A stretch of DNA of 64,000 nucleotides from the human T2T-CHM13v2.0 reference genome, Homo sapiens (GCF_009914755.1 NC_060932.1); one strand, 5' to 3'. Numbered from the stretch's first letter, positions 32,622-49,319 are shown. Notes: generated by a model from the letters alone, not told the origin. Made by a program: numbers and translations.

Positions 32622-33086
32622 TTTTTTCTTTTATTTGCATAGATTTTTAGGGAACAGGTGGTATTTGGTTACATGAGCAAGTTCTTTACTAGTGATTTGT
32701 GAGATTTTGGTGCACCCATCACTCTAACAGTATATACACCGAACCCAGCATGTAGTCTTTTATCCCTCACCTACTTCCCACCGTTTCCCCCCGAGTTTCC
32801 AAAATCCATTGTATCATTCTTATGGCTTTGCATCCTCATAGCTTAGCTTCCAGTTATGAGTGAGAACATATGATGTTTGGTTTTTCATTCCTGAGTTACT
32901 TCACTTAGAATAATAATCTCCAGTTCCTTTGAGGCTTCTGTGAATGCTATTAATTCACTCCTTTTTATGGCTGAGTAGTATTTCATGGTATATGTGTGTG
33001 TGTGTAGAATATATATATTCTACACACACAGTAGAATATATATATATATACAGACTGTGCTATATATATATACACACACACTGCGG

Positions 33087-33121
<35 letters not shown>

Positions 33122-33130
33122 TGTGGTATG

Positions 33131-33162
<32 letters not shown>

Positions 33163-33312
33163 GTCGCTTGTTGATTGATGGACATTTAAGCTGGTTCCAC
33201 ATTTTTGCAATTGCAAGTTGTGCTGCTATAAACAGGCATGTGCAAGTATGCTTTTTGTGTAATGACTTCTTTTCCTCCAGGTAGATACACAGTAGTGGGA
33301 TTGCAGGATCAA
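32622..33312 (-). mobile_element. L1PB/L1MA 3' end containing a (TA)n(CA)n expansion
   Basis: TTTGGTTACATGAG..AGTTCTTTA...CTGAGTTACTTCACTTAGAATAAT; repeat at 32990-33162. Confidence 0.85.
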
Positions 33313-35507
33313 AAGGAAGAACAGGGAATTTGGTTCACATTATGATCCACCATGTTTTGACCTTGGACACATTAACCAACCAATCTAATCCAGTTTTCTC
33401 ATGTCTGGAATAGGTATTATAATTAGCGTTGGCAAAGAAGTTTTTAAAAATAGTATTATTTAAGGACATGACCCAGAGTGAAGCTGACCCTGAATAAGCA
33501 CTATCCTGTTTAACAAGCTCATCCACGGGGTTAGCAGAAGTCAGGCACAAAAAGCATCCATGTCTCCACATTCCCAATCTGGCCTTTCTGCAGTAGCATG
33601 CGACTTCTCTTTTACCCCTTCCCTGTTGGCTGAATTTCCCGCTTCGTCATGTTTATTGCAGGATGGTAGCAGCACAGTCTGATGTGCAGGAATAGCCAGA
33701 GCAGGGTAGGAATTTGGGGACACGGGGACACACACCTGTAAGAACTAACTTATTTCCTGCAAGAAAGATGTTTCAGTTTCTAGCCTCTTGTCACTAGAAA
33801 ATGAAGGTAGGGCTTGTCTAGCATGAATTCAGTGTTTCACCTGGTTGATCTGCTACCAATAGGTCAAATCATTTATTGGGTGTAAAAGTGTGTCTTTTCT
33901 TAAAACAAGGTAACTGAAAGATCAAACTACCATCTAGAAATATAAGGTGGGCTTTCAGCAGCCCAGAAAGCATTGCATTAGCTTCATCCTTCATTTGGTC
34001 CTGCCAGGAGAAGTTTTGTTTGCCACTTGTAGTACAATATGTAGACGTTGTCCATAGGTGCTATAACAGAAATAACTTGATAAAAGTCTGAAGGCCTTAA
34101 AATATCCCTGAGGAAGGGAATACACTGCTCACCATACCATGCAGGAAGCTTATGCCACCTCTTTGCAGTTCTTGTTTTGGGGCAGGGGAGGGGTAGAGTA
34201 GGAAGAAGGTGGACTCGATGTCATTGGCACATGCCTTGCATACCAGGAACCCCTGATGACCTTTCATTCCTCGCACATTCCAGGTCTCCTGCCTCTCACT
34301 GAGCCACCTTGCCTTTAGAAATGTGTGTTGATTGAGAGCCACAGCTGGGAACATTGTTGGGTAGTTCACGATGCTGTTTAATGTTCAAAGTCATCCTTTG
34401 AACCTTACATTGAACTCTGAAGGGTGAAACCTTGAGAAGGTTGGTTTATGTGGCTGCTTCCTCTCATTCTCTCCACTATTGTTGGCAACACTATCTATTA
34501 CCCTGGGAAGCCATTCCTACTTATGTAGGATATCCTGTTATGTGCCCAGATTCTGTCTTTATAATTTACCACTGGCCACAAATAGAAAAGGAAGGAAATG
34601 GATATTCATTTAGAGCTTACTTAGCACAGACCCTCAACACACATTATCTCATTTAGTCTTCATGACAATAGCACAATGTGGAGATTTTTATTCTCATTTT
34701 ACTTATACGGGAATTAAGGTCTTATACATTGATTTTATTTTCCCAAGGTGACATAGCTAATAAATGACTGAACCAGGAACAAAATTCATGTTTCTAACTC
34801 TAAAGTTGGTCTTTCTGTTCTATCATGCTGTATCCTAAGAGAGAAATTCCTTCTAGGTAGCAACAAGCGTGAACAAATAGGTCTTTTTTTCTCATTTGAC
34901 ATATATTTCAATATACAAATGAGCACATATTTATATGTATACGTATAGGATTTATATGTATAGGATCTGAAAACATAGTGATGAAATAATAAAGTTTCTC
35001 TCCTTAAGAATTTTAAAAATACATATACATATATTCAGACATATAAATAGGAAATTACACTTCATGATGAAATGAAACCAGTGGTGTGATAGGGGAAGTT
35101 TGAGGTGATAGAAGAACACACAGAAGGGGCATCTAACTCAGGATCAGGAAATATTTCAGGAAGAACAGATATATGAACAGAGGTCCTTAGGAAGCATAGG
35201 CATTACCCAGAAGATGAAATGAAGATGAGGTTTCAATAAAGGGATCAGTAAATACAAATACCTGGAGATAGTAGAGAACTGTGTATACTGGGGGAAGTGA
35301 AAGTTGCTCTATATACATTGTATGGGAAGAATTGTTTACCAGCACATTAGTGCACCAGTCCACAACTAGATACCAGGTTCTGCAGAAATGAGTAAGCCAC
35401 AGTGCCTCTCCTTTGGCAGTTTATGCTTTTTTGGGAGAAACAGACATGCAGAAAAAATGACTGTCCCAGCACATGCTAACATGCCACAGTTAAAACTATC
35501 CCAGAGA

Positions 35508-35826
<319 letters not shown>

Positions 35827-37508
35827 AACTATCCCAGAGATAGGGAATACTAGAGTGAGAAGAGAAACGAATTTATACATGTCAGGGAAGGGATACAGAA
35901 TCAAAAAAGCTTCAGAGAGACTCTGAAGACTTCTGAAGACTGAACAGAATTTGAAGGGTTGAAGAGGGACCCACCAAGGAGGGAAGCCAGGAAAGTATAT
36001 TCCAGAAAGACATGGCATTTTCAAAGGGAGTCCATGTAGGATGCTTTTCTTAGAGGTTTGCAATTAAATCATTAGTCATCTCCTTTGGTGTATTTATTTG
36101 AATACATTCTTCACCAGGCAGCAAAGAGGATACAAGATGACATCAGTGTGTTCTTATTAGAAGTTATAATTCTAGTCCTTTGAATGTTCCCATTTGACTG
36201 GAAGTGAGTAAAAAAAGAATCTTGAAGAAAACAAACTTTTAAAGGAAATAGGCCCTCTGACTCCACCAGCGTTGGACTTGGAGTCAATTATCACAAAATT
36301 CTAGGCTCTATAAAAATCAAGAGTTCTATCTACTTACCTTTTTCACTTCTAGGTTCCCCACACCTAGCTTAGTGTCTGGCTCCTAGTACATGTTCAAAAT
36401 ATTAATTGAATAAAGGAAAAAGTAAGAGTAAATTTTAACCTTGTAGAGGTCCAGTTTTCTCATCTGGAAAAATTAGATGATATTGTCTGCTGAACCACAT
36501 AGTATCTGGACTCAGCCTGAATTTGAATACTGCTCCTTACCACTCATTTCCCTTTGAGTAAATTAACTTTTAGGTAACTTCTAGACCCTCATCTGTAAAA
36601 TAGAGTTGACATTAGCTCCTCAGAGATAGTGAAGATAAAATATAGTTTTATATAAATGACTTAGAACAGGGCTGGGTGCATATAAAGTTCTTAGTAAATA
36701 TTAGCTAATGTTATAATAATTCTTAAAAGATTATTTTCCAAAAAATGGTAAAATTATAAATCTCATACAAACATAAAAGTGAATACATGTGAAAGATTTT
36801 ATTTAACTCATTAATGTTGAGACTAATGAGGTGTTACAATCAGTTCAAAGGAGATTCCAAAGTACAGACACATTTATAATCAGGAATGTTGAAATTAATG
36901 AGCAAAGGGAGGAAAGACTAACCTCTTGCACATTGGGGAGGGAAATCATTTGAATCTTCACTGGATAAAATTGATAAAATTTAACTGTCTATGGACAAGA
37001 ATCATTTTGCATTGCCATCAGTTGTCTATAATGTACACAGTTGTAAAACAGCTCCCATAGAAACAAAATTAGATAACTGGGAAGAGTGTGATATAGATAT
37101 TACATTGTTTTCCATTGAGATAGAACATTTCTCTATGTTGTTATTATTATTACATACCTAACACCATTAATGTAGGAGTTACATGAGATTATAATGTAAA
37201 GATGCTATGTAAGCAGAAATGATTCTCATTTTTTTTCTACTTTTGATACTGGTCCCTTTTAGTATTTTAATATCATTATTCTTTTTTAGCATATGTTTGG
37301 GAATTATTAATATATTTCATTTTAAAAATAATAGTTTTTTTGCTTCTTTGATTATAAGAATATTATATGTTCAGGGCAAAAAAATCAGTCAATATAAAAA
37401 GGTACAAAGGAAAAGGTAAAATCAGTAATCCACCATCAAAAGGTAACCATTGTTAATACTCTCATATATATATATATTTGGGAGCAGACTACACGTTCTG
37501 CTTTGTAA

Positions 37509-37888
<380 letters not shown>

Positions 37889-38612
37889 TATTTTTACATT
37901 AGTGAAATGTCAACGTATTTTTAAAATAAATAAATAAATAATATTTTCATGTGTTTAGAATATTTTATTAAGCCACTCAACAACATTTGTCAATCAGTAG
38001 TAGCACAAGCTGATTTCTTTGTCCTGTACTGGCTCTTTCCATTTGTTCGCTCAAAAAGAAACACCGGACATGCAAACAAGAATTTGCATTTTGCCAGAGA
38101 CTTGATCTATGTGCCTAGGCAAGTTTAATCTCTCTTTTCTATCTCTTCATTTCCTTAGGGGTAAAGTAGAACTTATTGTGGTGAAAGTACAAAGCAAGTT
38201 TCTGAGATTGGACTCGAGCAGCTTACAGATCAAAGATCCCACTATTGGCCTTATGAAAGCTGAAAATCTCTGGGTACCTGATGCTCCTTCAGCCATCAAC
38301 AGATATGACCTCTCCTCTAAGAACCTGAGAGGAACAATAGGATAAATAGCAAGGGACAAAATGTGATCACATCCCATCACAATGGGAGTTGTTCCCAAGT
38401 TGATTTGTCTCCTCCACATGATGTGTCTGCCTCTTTCTTACATGTCAGCTAGCTCAAGAGGTCCTAAAGCAGAAACATCTGATTCACCTATCTCTTGTAA
38501 CCATCAAAGTGTCTGATGCATAATAACTAATGTTATTGTATAATGAGTGAATGAACAAATGACTATAGTGAGGTCAGTTTTCACTCATGATACAGCTCTC
38601 AAAGAACCTGAC

Positions 38613-38943
<331 letters not shown>

Positions 38944-39344
38944 CTAATTGGAGGAGCTTCCCTCCTCCACCTGCGGTCCCCAAACATATACCACCATCAA
39001 CTGAACCTCTCTGACTAGGAAGAAAAAAATGTGACCTGAACTCTTCCACTTTCTGCCACCTCAATTATCTACTTCCATTCAGTGATTGAAGATTGAAAAT
39101 GAATTTGATTACCACAGACTTTTCTGTTGGCTCTTTCTTTCCTTCTTCCTCTTTCCTCCACTCCTGATGTTCATACTCTTCTTGCTTCTCCCTTTGACTA
39201 CCCAAGATCCTCCTAGGGAACCTCCAGTGCCCCTGCTTGCAATCTATTCTCTACAAGGGGCAAGGGCAATTACTGAAAAGCTCAGATGTGACTATGCTGT
39301 TTCCTGATTAACATTTTATGAATAATCTCTTTTGCGTATGGCTA

Positions 39345-39503
39345 TAGTTCTCAAACTTGTATCAGAATCACCTGGATATGGAATTAAAACATCGATTCCT
39401 AGAACGAGCTCTCATAGTTTCTGACTCAGTAGGTCTGGGGTCAGGCCTGATAATTTCATTTCTGACAAGTTCCTAGGTCCTGTGGATCTTTTGAGAACCA
39501 CTA
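39345..39503. mobile_element. MER5A (hAT-Charlie)
   Basis: GTTCTCAAACTT...ATCAGAATCACCTGG...TCAGTAGGTCTGGGG...TTTGAGAACCACT. Confidence 0.75.
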
Positions 39504-41338
39504 TTTTATGATAATAAATCAAATTCTTCAGTGAGAAATTTATTGAGCTGTTTAGGATATTCTTGTATTTATACTAAATCAATTTACCTTTCTAGATTAA
39601 TCTTCTAGTACTTCTACTATTTCTTCTCTCACTGAGGCAAGCATGGTTTTCCTTCTAGACACACCAAACCAACAGCTATTCTCTATATATTCCTTATTCT
39701 TTATCGGTTCTGCTTGATATGTAATGTTCTTCCTCATCGACGTTAATCTGTAAAGTTTTGCTTATACTTCACGACCCAACGCAAATAACCAAAATTAGTT
39801 TTGAAATAATCTTGAGCCCTCTATGAGCTACCTCTAGCTCCACACACCAAGATAGAATAACTGACAACATTCTCTGTCTATTCTTCATTCTTCCTCCTCC
39901 ATAAAGTCCTAAATTAGAGATGTTCATTTCTATGCCAATGTACTTAGCTCAGTTATAAAGTCCTTGAAGGCAGGATTTCTTCCTTCCTTTTTTTCCTCTT
40001 CTCTCTCTTTCTTTCTTTTTCCTTATGAATTATATAAGCTAACCAAGTCACAGAATGAATGATCCTAATAAAATATTTATGGAATTTAGTCGAATTTAAG
40101 AAACACTTTAGTTTAGGGATGAGCTATCAGATCAGCTCCTAATATCATTTATTCTCCTACATGGGCATTCAGGGAAGAATTAGGTAAATAGTTGGGCAGA
40201 AATAGAGTCACAAGAAAACTTTTTTTTTTTCTGGGCAGGTAGTCATAACCAGAAGTGGTTTTATAGGAGCAACACATGTGAAGACAGAAGTCATGACTGC
40301 CAACTGGCTCCTTAATATCTACGTTAGGATAGAGGGCAAAGTTAAATGCAACAAGTACTACTACTAATAGTAATATGTTCATATATGAATACATATCATT
40401 GTTAAAGTCTTGATATACATCAAGCCCTGTGCTACATACAAAGTATAGGCCATTATATGTGGAACAATGAAGAATTTCTAGCTTAATCAAAAAATCATAT
40501 GTTTCAAAAACATACCAGGAGTCACAAATTTTCCAGGGATTTCTCTAAATTTCTTGAGAGTCAAATGAGTCACTTTTAAACTGTCTATGGTGTCATGATC
40601 TTGATTAATGTATTTTATTCAGTTGTTAACATATCTAAGCCAGATCTTCATTTGTAAATGCCTTTGGATAGTATTCAAGGAAGTCGCTTTCCTGCATCTT
40701 TTGTAATATTTATAATTTTACCTTACAGCTGATTTTTTATCATTCAGTAGAAGTTTTAACTCATAAAAGTGAAAATGTATCTTAATAATTAACTTGAAAC
40801 GTAAGATTGACATTTCTTTCACCAATCTTTGAATAAAGAGCAGAGTCCTTGCCTTTGATAATGAGCCCATAAAATAGAGTTATGTGTCATCTTTCTTTTA
40901 TAAGCCACACCCATAATACAGTAATACACTTATCTGTAATTTTTAGTTCTTTTTCTGAAAGGAAAGAAAATGTAAAAAATATAAACAGCAATCAAAAGAC
41001 AAAACCCCTCAAGAGTCTATGTTCTCTCCAATCTATTACAATAGTGTTGCAATAGCACTTTTGGGAGCGTTATTTTTATCAACCCTTCCAAAATATTGAC
41101 TTATCAAAATCATATTTCATGTGTTTACATAACCTTTTATTAATCAGTTAATTCCAGTAGAATAAATGAGCTTGGGAGTCAATATGACTGATTCTTGGCA
41201 CACGTAAAATTTAACTGCTAAGGATAGAAGTGTAAGGGATTACTAGAAACTGGCCCACTAAACACCAGCATCAGATTATTGTAGAACTCAGAGTGGCTTG
41301 GAGAGCAGTGCTGGAGGTCAGTTAAAAGAACTTCAAGG

Positions 41339-41687
41339 CAGGAAATCCCAGGCTTATGAGGATTAAACTTTAGGGTGATACAAAAGGAATTCTCAATAGA
41401 AATTGTACTTTGAGTACTGATACAAACATTCTGCTTTTCACTTTCATTATAGTATTCAATAAAGTATGAGAAGAAGTTCAACACTTCATTATAAAAAAAG
41501 TGTCATGTTACATGATTTTGCCAAACTGTAGGCTACTGTGAGTGCTCTGGGTACATTTAAGGCAAGCAAGGCTAAGCTACGATGTTCAGTAGGTTAGGTG
41601 TATTAAATGCATTTTCAACTTAACATTATTTTCAACCTACAATGCGTTTATTGGGATGTAACCCCATTGTAAGCTTAAAGGCATCTG
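41339..41687 (-). mobile_element. MER47A-like (TcMar-Tigger)
   Basis: CTAAGCTACGATGTTCAGTAGGTTAGGTGTATTAAATGCATTTTC...AACCCCATTGTAAG...GCATCTG|TA. Confidence 0.75.
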
Positions 41688-42087
41688 TACTTCACATATT
41701 AGCCTCAGGACATTCCTATGAGGTTGGTGTTATTATTTGAGAGTGATGATTCCATTCTCTCCCTTTCAGTGTTTCTCAGTAGGCCCATAAAATAAGAACT
41801 TTTGTCTTCTTGGAAATATTAAGAGTATGCTAAAATCTTTAATTTTCTCTCCCCTATGTACTCACTCTACTCCAAGGGGCACTGGTATTAGAGAGATTAG
41901 CCAAGGAACCCTGAGCACATGCAGCCTAACTCTCTTCTCCAATCTCTTTTAGATCCAGCCACCTCTTGGGATGCACACGTTTCTCTTCAACTGCGTGATG
42001 TGAACTGCGTCACATGGTAAGAGAGCTCAGCTATTGATCAATGGCTTTACCAGTCTTTAGTTCACTCAAATCTAGGAAAGGAGCTGA

Positions 42088-42466
<379 letters not shown>

Positions 42467-45400
42467 GGTCTGCTGTCTATTTCTTAATTGGCTCAGAACT
42501 TGAAGGAAAAAATGGTGTAATGAATATTATACAATGTCAACCTTATTTTTATTCTACCCACCATTTTCTTCATAGCTTAGGTGTATTATCTTATTTTATT
42601 TTGAAAAATCCCAAAGAGGTGGACACTACTATTGTTTTAATTTTACAGATGAATTTAAAAATAGCAGAGATTAGATTACTAAAGTTGAGATTTATATAGC
42701 TGGTAAGAAAGAAGACTGAAATTTGAATCTATTATTCATTTGTTCAGTACTTTAGTATTGGACTAAAATACCGATAAATCCATAAGTCCACTTTGGTACT
42801 ATACTTATGCTTGCTGGAAATATATGCATAAAATAGTTATAGTTGTTATCTAAGTGAAATTTATAGCTTAGGGAGACTATATTAATTATATATTAATTTA
42901 ATTATCATAAAAGTAGTTATGTAATTACAAGCTGCAATAATGTCTTCAAAGACCATTCTCTTAATCACTGTAGTATTACTATCTTGCCTTGACTTTGAGA
43001 TTTTCTAGTGCTGGAATTAATATTATTTCATCTTTTATTGTCTTGTTGAAACATTCCATCATTCTTATTTGGTTGTTTTATTATGATCAACTGACATATA
43101 AGCAGACCTGAAAAACACTTGCTTGGGAAGATCATGATGGAGATTCTTGGAAATCTCCTTGCTATTACTGGTCCCCATCCTACTATAGTATCATCCTTTA
43201 AGAGGGACAGAATTGTTCCTAACATCTAGATCATGAAGATGAATTCCCTAAAAGAGAATTTTAATTACAGAAAAAAATAAAAACTTAGAGGTCATTCATC
43301 TGAGCTTTTTATTATGTTATAGAAAAAAAAAAATCCCAAAGGCTCGGGGAGGTTAAATAATCCATTGAAGATCACATGGTCTATAGATGTAGACTATTAA
43401 GACTGGGACAACAGGCTCCCAGTCCAAATAACTACAGTATCTTTTAAAGCATTAACTTAAGTTCTCTAAACACTGAATTTAGCTAAAGTCAGATCCACTC
43501 CTAAGAAGAAGTTGTGGTAAAGCAAAATTCTCAGTGTTCTTTAATTGACAGATGAGAAGAGTAACATGAGGTAGATATTTAGTTTTACCCTTGGAGTAAT
43601 TGCCCAGTATGAAATCTCAAGTATATTATGTGATTTTTTCCCTCCTTTGTTGAAGTATAGAGAGTAGTTCTTTATAAGAGAGATAGTTAATTAAACATAC
43701 TTCCTCATTTGCTCAGCTTATTCATTTGTGAAAAGAGGACAATGGTATACAACCACTAAGGATATGATGAGAATTAAGTGATGAAATGTATGTAAATGAT
43801 TTAGCACAGTACTTAGTACATATAAAATATGCAGTAAATGTTAACTTGTGTAGGTGCGTTGTTGTTGTAGTGCTGTCTTCTCACTATATTCGAATGTAGA
43901 GCTTCAAATTAATCATTTTAATTTTCAATACGAGGATGGGGGACAAGGAAGGAGGAAATGGTGCATACGTTTTAACACAAAGCTCCTGATGGGAATTCAA
44001 TTGCACTTCAAAACCAACTTCTTTGAAAATCACTGCTTTATTCTTTATTACATTTTCATATCTATTTCTGTGTCTCACCTGAACTTTATATAAAATGTGT
44101 TTAAGAGTTGGTACACACAACAGTTAGAATTATCATAATTTGGCAAATGAGTAAACAGAATCAAGATTAGTAAATGCAAGAGTGGTCTTGTCTAGACTTC
44201 AATTTTCTTTAGCCCTAGTCAGCTTCTCCTTTCTAGATGGTAGAACCAAGCAAAACACTATCTTCATTTCAGCCCCCAGGCAAAGCTTTTCAGTTTATGG
44301 AAAACTTTCCCCTAGTCCATTCAAATTCTCTGGCCACCCTCGCCAACCTCTCATTTCCATTTCGATTTTTCTGACTTCAGGCCCTGCTTGATGAAGGCAA
44401 AATGTTTTCCCCAGCAATTAGTTTAGCGGAAACTTCACATTTGATATTGTGGCAGACAATGTTTCATTATGCTCTCTTGATCTAAACAGAGAAATCACTG
44501 TTCCTGAAGGTGGCCAAAGCACACTCCAAAGGGTAGTGTTACTGAGTTACAGCCCAAGAATGGAGACCACAAGGGAGGCTAGACTCCATTGAGAAAATGC
44601 ATCAGCGAGTGTGGGTATATAGGAATGCTTAACAAGAGATATTATGATCAGCATCAATAGATGTGTGTTTTATGAATAAGAAGAATAAGGGTATTCATGT
44701 TCCTAAAGTGCTTCAAAATCTCTGGCTGAAATATACTCTCAAGGTTTACATCCACGGCTCTCCCTGAAATAATATGCTGTTTCCCTGCAGGAAATGTTGA
44801 GTCAGTTTCCACAGGCCCCCACACACTGGTGAGAAGTTATGTCTTAATTGTTCTAAGATCCCGAAACTCTGTTTTGTAGCATTCCTTCAGCAAAGCAACC
44901 TAAAACCTGTAGTTAAAATTATTTCAGACTCTCCATGCCTGAAACATACAGAGTCATCAACTATGAAGTAAGTAAATATGTAGTTTTCTCTTTGAGGGTA
45001 GTGGGTTTGAAGAAATAAACAGGTAAAAGGATAAGAGAAAAACATTTTGAATGGAGGGGTCAGATGATGGAATGACTTGAAGGCAAAAAGCATCGTGGCT
45101 GTTGGGACATGAACTATAGGCAGCAAATGGCTGAAAACAAAGTTGCAGAAATAGGGGTCCATTCAAAGCACCTTGAATGCCAGATGAAATCCTAATCAAC
45201 CAAAAAGACTGGCTTGATGTACATTAAGCTTGTATTATACATTTACATCTATAATTTACATATTCTGCTAAATGATTTTATTAAACTGGAACTTCTATAT
45301 CCAGCTTCATTCTTCTAATACTCCTTAATGTATTCCCAGATAAATGAAACTTTGAATTTATTAATGTTAAAATAATACTAATAATCAGAACAACTTGTAA

Positions 45401-47411
45401 TTAGACTTATTTAATCATCATGATATCACTGAGGACAAGGCACCATTGGTTTTTCAATTTCTGCTTTTCAGATGGAAATCCTGAGGCTTAGAGAATTTAA
45501 ATGACGTAGGATGTGGCATAGCATGTCTCCTTGAGATGTTCCTAGCTATGATCATTGATTTATTTGGAGGTCTTTGAGTGTTTCTTTCGGGGACTCCCCC
45601 TTGCATATATTTAATAAGTTACACTATACTCCAGGCTCAGCTTGTGGTCACATACTCACTTTACCTCTCCTCCTTCTAGATTTTCTTAAAAAACATAATC
45701 TACAAACCAACCTGATCTTCTGCATTGAGATCAAATTATAATATTTTTTAGTCAAGATGTTTGGCATTATGGTCCTTTTCATTTGATAAATTTCAGCCTG
45801 ATGTGTCTGGATCATTTTTTCTACTGATATTGTCTCCTGTCATGTTAATGATTTCCTATACCTATGGGACACCCTTGTAACCAACCATAAGGCTCTAAAG
45901 GAATGAGAAGTTGAATGGACCCATTTTTCCAAGAATTAGTGAGGTGGGGCATTTCTCAGACCTTGGAGAGATGGAGAACACCGCCGCCAAAGAAAGGTAC
46001 TTGGGTCATAAGGAGTACGTTAAAAATGTAGCCAAAATAAACAGCAAACCTCACAATTTTGCCACTGTTTAGATTTGCCAACCTCTGAGAAAGCCTGCCT
46101 GCCTTCACTCTGAAGAGAGCCAAACATTAGTGATGGAGAAAAGCAGAATCCTTTGTATTCATACTTAGAGCTAGGATTTACTTATAGTTAACCCTGTACA
46201 TGTAAGTAGTTCAATCACACCACCCATTTTGCTACTTTCAGAGTGAGTAATTACCTCTTTGTGGTCTCCAGGGAACAGGAATTTGAGAGTTCCTTTATTC
46301 ATGTGCAGTTCCTTTATTCATCACCAGGCACTGGGAATAAAACAAGGAAGAAGACAGACCTTTTGCTTGCCCTCAAGGATGTTACTGTCCAAAAGAAACT
46401 TAACAGAAAACAGGAATAGAAGTTCTAAGAGGCATTGTTTGGTCAATGTCATTTGATGTAATGGGACTTTCCTTTGTTTCTATTTACCTCCCTTTAAGTT
46501 GTCTTGGTAAATGGATTTTCCAAGTTGTCTTTCTATGAGAAAGTATGCTGTGAATATAAGAGGTAATTTTATTATCTTGGCTTTGTTTCTAGTTATGCAA
46601 AAGTAAATGATGAGCTTTTATATTTAAAATTTGGAAAGTTTAGGAGTGAGAGATAATTAACTAATTCCTTCTAACCTCATCTCCCCCTAAATAAGGCAAA
46701 TTTGCTTGTCTTGAAAGTACTTTTAGTTATCAAAACATTGGCCTTCTTCATGGTTTTTGGATCCTGACAACTATCAAAATGTGGCAAGCAGCCCATACCT
46801 GCCTGGCAGGAAGTTATATTTAGTAAGTACTGTGTGAAGCTTTATTTTCCAGTTTCAAACATACTCAACCCTTGTTGCTCAGTTCCAATACTCATGCTTC
46901 CAAATAAAGAGAGTTTCTGGAATTCTCGTACGACTGGTAGATAACTTGACAAAGTTTCTCACCAAGTTCAGAATAAGCTGACACCAACTGGTTCCCTATT
47001 ATTCATAGTCAGTCTATTTTTGTTGTTTGGCTAGTTAAACAAGTCTATTTGTTGTCATTCCTTTGTTTGTCCATCAGTTCAACCAATGTCCCAAGGTGAG
47101 TCTTCTGGCATTTAAAATCACATAGAGAAGGGGGGTGGGGGTGGAGGAGAGAGAGAAAGAGAGAGAGAGAGAAAGAAAGAATTCTGATGCGAGACTCAGC
47201 CAGTGTTTACTCAATTGTCTCACCACAACATGCAGAATGGTACCTCAAAATTATATTAAAAATCTGATGTTGTCCCAGCATTCAATCATACTGTCAAATT
47301 TGTTTAAGAATTCAGAATTTGTCTCCATACTTTCTTTCCTTTCAGATTTGCTTTGTTCCTAAACATTCTTGAGTAGTAATGAAGTCTAGGATCTCACAAT
47401 ATGCTAGTTAA

Positions 47412-47777
<366 letters not shown>

Positions 47778-48439
47778 TAGTTGCATAACCTTGGAAAGAT
47801 TATTCGATATTTCTGAACTTCAGATCCCTCATGTGTAATATGAGAATAGTAAATTATCTGCTATATCCATTTCAAAGGGTTGTTGTGAGGAATGAATAAG
47901 ATTACAAATAACTTTTCCAATAGATGTACTGAATTCATACCTCGAGTAGAGCAAGTACTCAATATATTTTGGATGGTTGAATGAATAAACGAATGAATGA
48001 GAGCAATATATAAAGGAAAAAGTTGTATACACTGTAAACTAGGACACACTGGTAGTTCTTACATGAAGAAAATAAACTGTAGGACTCGTCAAAGACTTTT
48101 TTATTCATAGTGTTTTCCATGAGGGAGATTCTTGCAGAAACATTTCCTGGGACTGGACTTCACAGAACATACTCTAGCTAACTGTGATCAGGCTGGTCAA
48201 TGACAATGTAACAGACTCTTGAGTTGGGCTTTGCTTGTTGCTCCAAAATTGTGAGTAGACCCCAAAGCTGAAGATAAGAAATCATTAGTGCCCTAAACAT
48301 CTATATAGAGCTACAAATAATCACAGAAATCTTCCTTGGGTGTTCATTCAAAAGCACTTCAGCAGTTCTGCTGTTTCTGACAATCAGCCCGGGCACCTAG
48401 TCACTTCCCATATCAGTCAATGTAAAAAGACACTTTGAG

Positions 48440-48551
48440 TGGAAGTAGAAGGAAGAGCAAATTTGTCATAGTCTTGAGTTGGACCAATAGAATGTCCAGT
48501 GAAGTTGTTCTGTACTTTTCTGAAGCCAAGAGGAGGGAGTGGCTCCGAACC
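48440..48551 (+). promoter_or_regulatory. PCAT1 proximal promoter, TATA-less; CCAAT box, nuclear-receptor half-site and GA-rich box
   Basis: GACCAATAG at 48482-48490 (~65 nt upstream of the start), TGTTCT at ~48506, AGGAGGGAGTGGC at 48531-48543. Motif inspection only. Confidence 0.4.
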
Positions 48552-49172
48552 ACACATGGATATTGGATATCTGCATAGGCAGCTTGCTCCACGCCGGTGC
48601 CTACCTGTGCAGATGGGAAGGAAAGGAAAGTGGCAAGGAGGCAGAGAAAGCATCTGTACCCTTACAATTTGGTGAGACAAGAATGTATGAATTCCCACAG
48701 GTCAAATTATAATGAAGAAAGGAACCTCTCTTGAGTACAAAGAGCTACCTATGGTGGTCTGGAGCCGGAGGACCACAGCATCAAAGGATATAAGATGCAT
48801 AGCCAACTGAGGAACCTGAGCAATTAAAGAGATCCACAGTTAAGTCACACTTAACTGGCACTTGTGGAAGCCCCGCAAGGCCTGAAGGAGAGCTGACATA
48901 GGCACCCCAGAGAGCCAGAATCTGGATCCCATCTTAATAAGGCCATGAACACCAGTGGAGAAGAGGCAGAAACACCAATGGATAAGGAACATTCACATCT
49001 TTCTTCCCATGTGCCTCTAAGTGCCAGTGCAGGCCCCACAGGCCAAGCTACAGGGAGAAAGGAGATGACGCAAAGGAACCTAACTGGACTTTAATCACTA
49101 GAAGTGAGAAGAGAAATCTATTGGAACCTCCCAAGATAATGCCAAGGGTCAAAGGGTGCGCAGATACATAAG
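48552..49172 (+). ncRNA. PCAT1: PCAT1 exon 1 (reported to overlap an old LTR; LTR boundaries not resolved here)
   Basis: Ends in consensus 5' splice site ATAAG|GTAAGC; only short ORFs. Confidence 0.88.
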
Positions 49173-49319
49173 GTAAGCCCTTCGGTACTTATAAATTTAA
49201 AAAAATAAACAGTTGTGGAATGAAGTACCTTAGAAAGGATGAGTTCCCTGTCCCTGGTAGTTTGTAAATAGTTGATGCAGCATGGAGTAGTGGGGATGTG
49301 GCCCAAGTTAAGTAACTTA

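Noticed and set aside
36740-37220. Probable old interspersed repeat
   Set aside because: It looks repeat-like, but I cannot assign family or boundaries without a Dfam search.
48160-48512. Full androgen response element in the PCAT1 promoter
   Set aside because: Only isolated half-sites (AGAACA, TGTTCT) are visible, with no convincing 15-bp palindrome.
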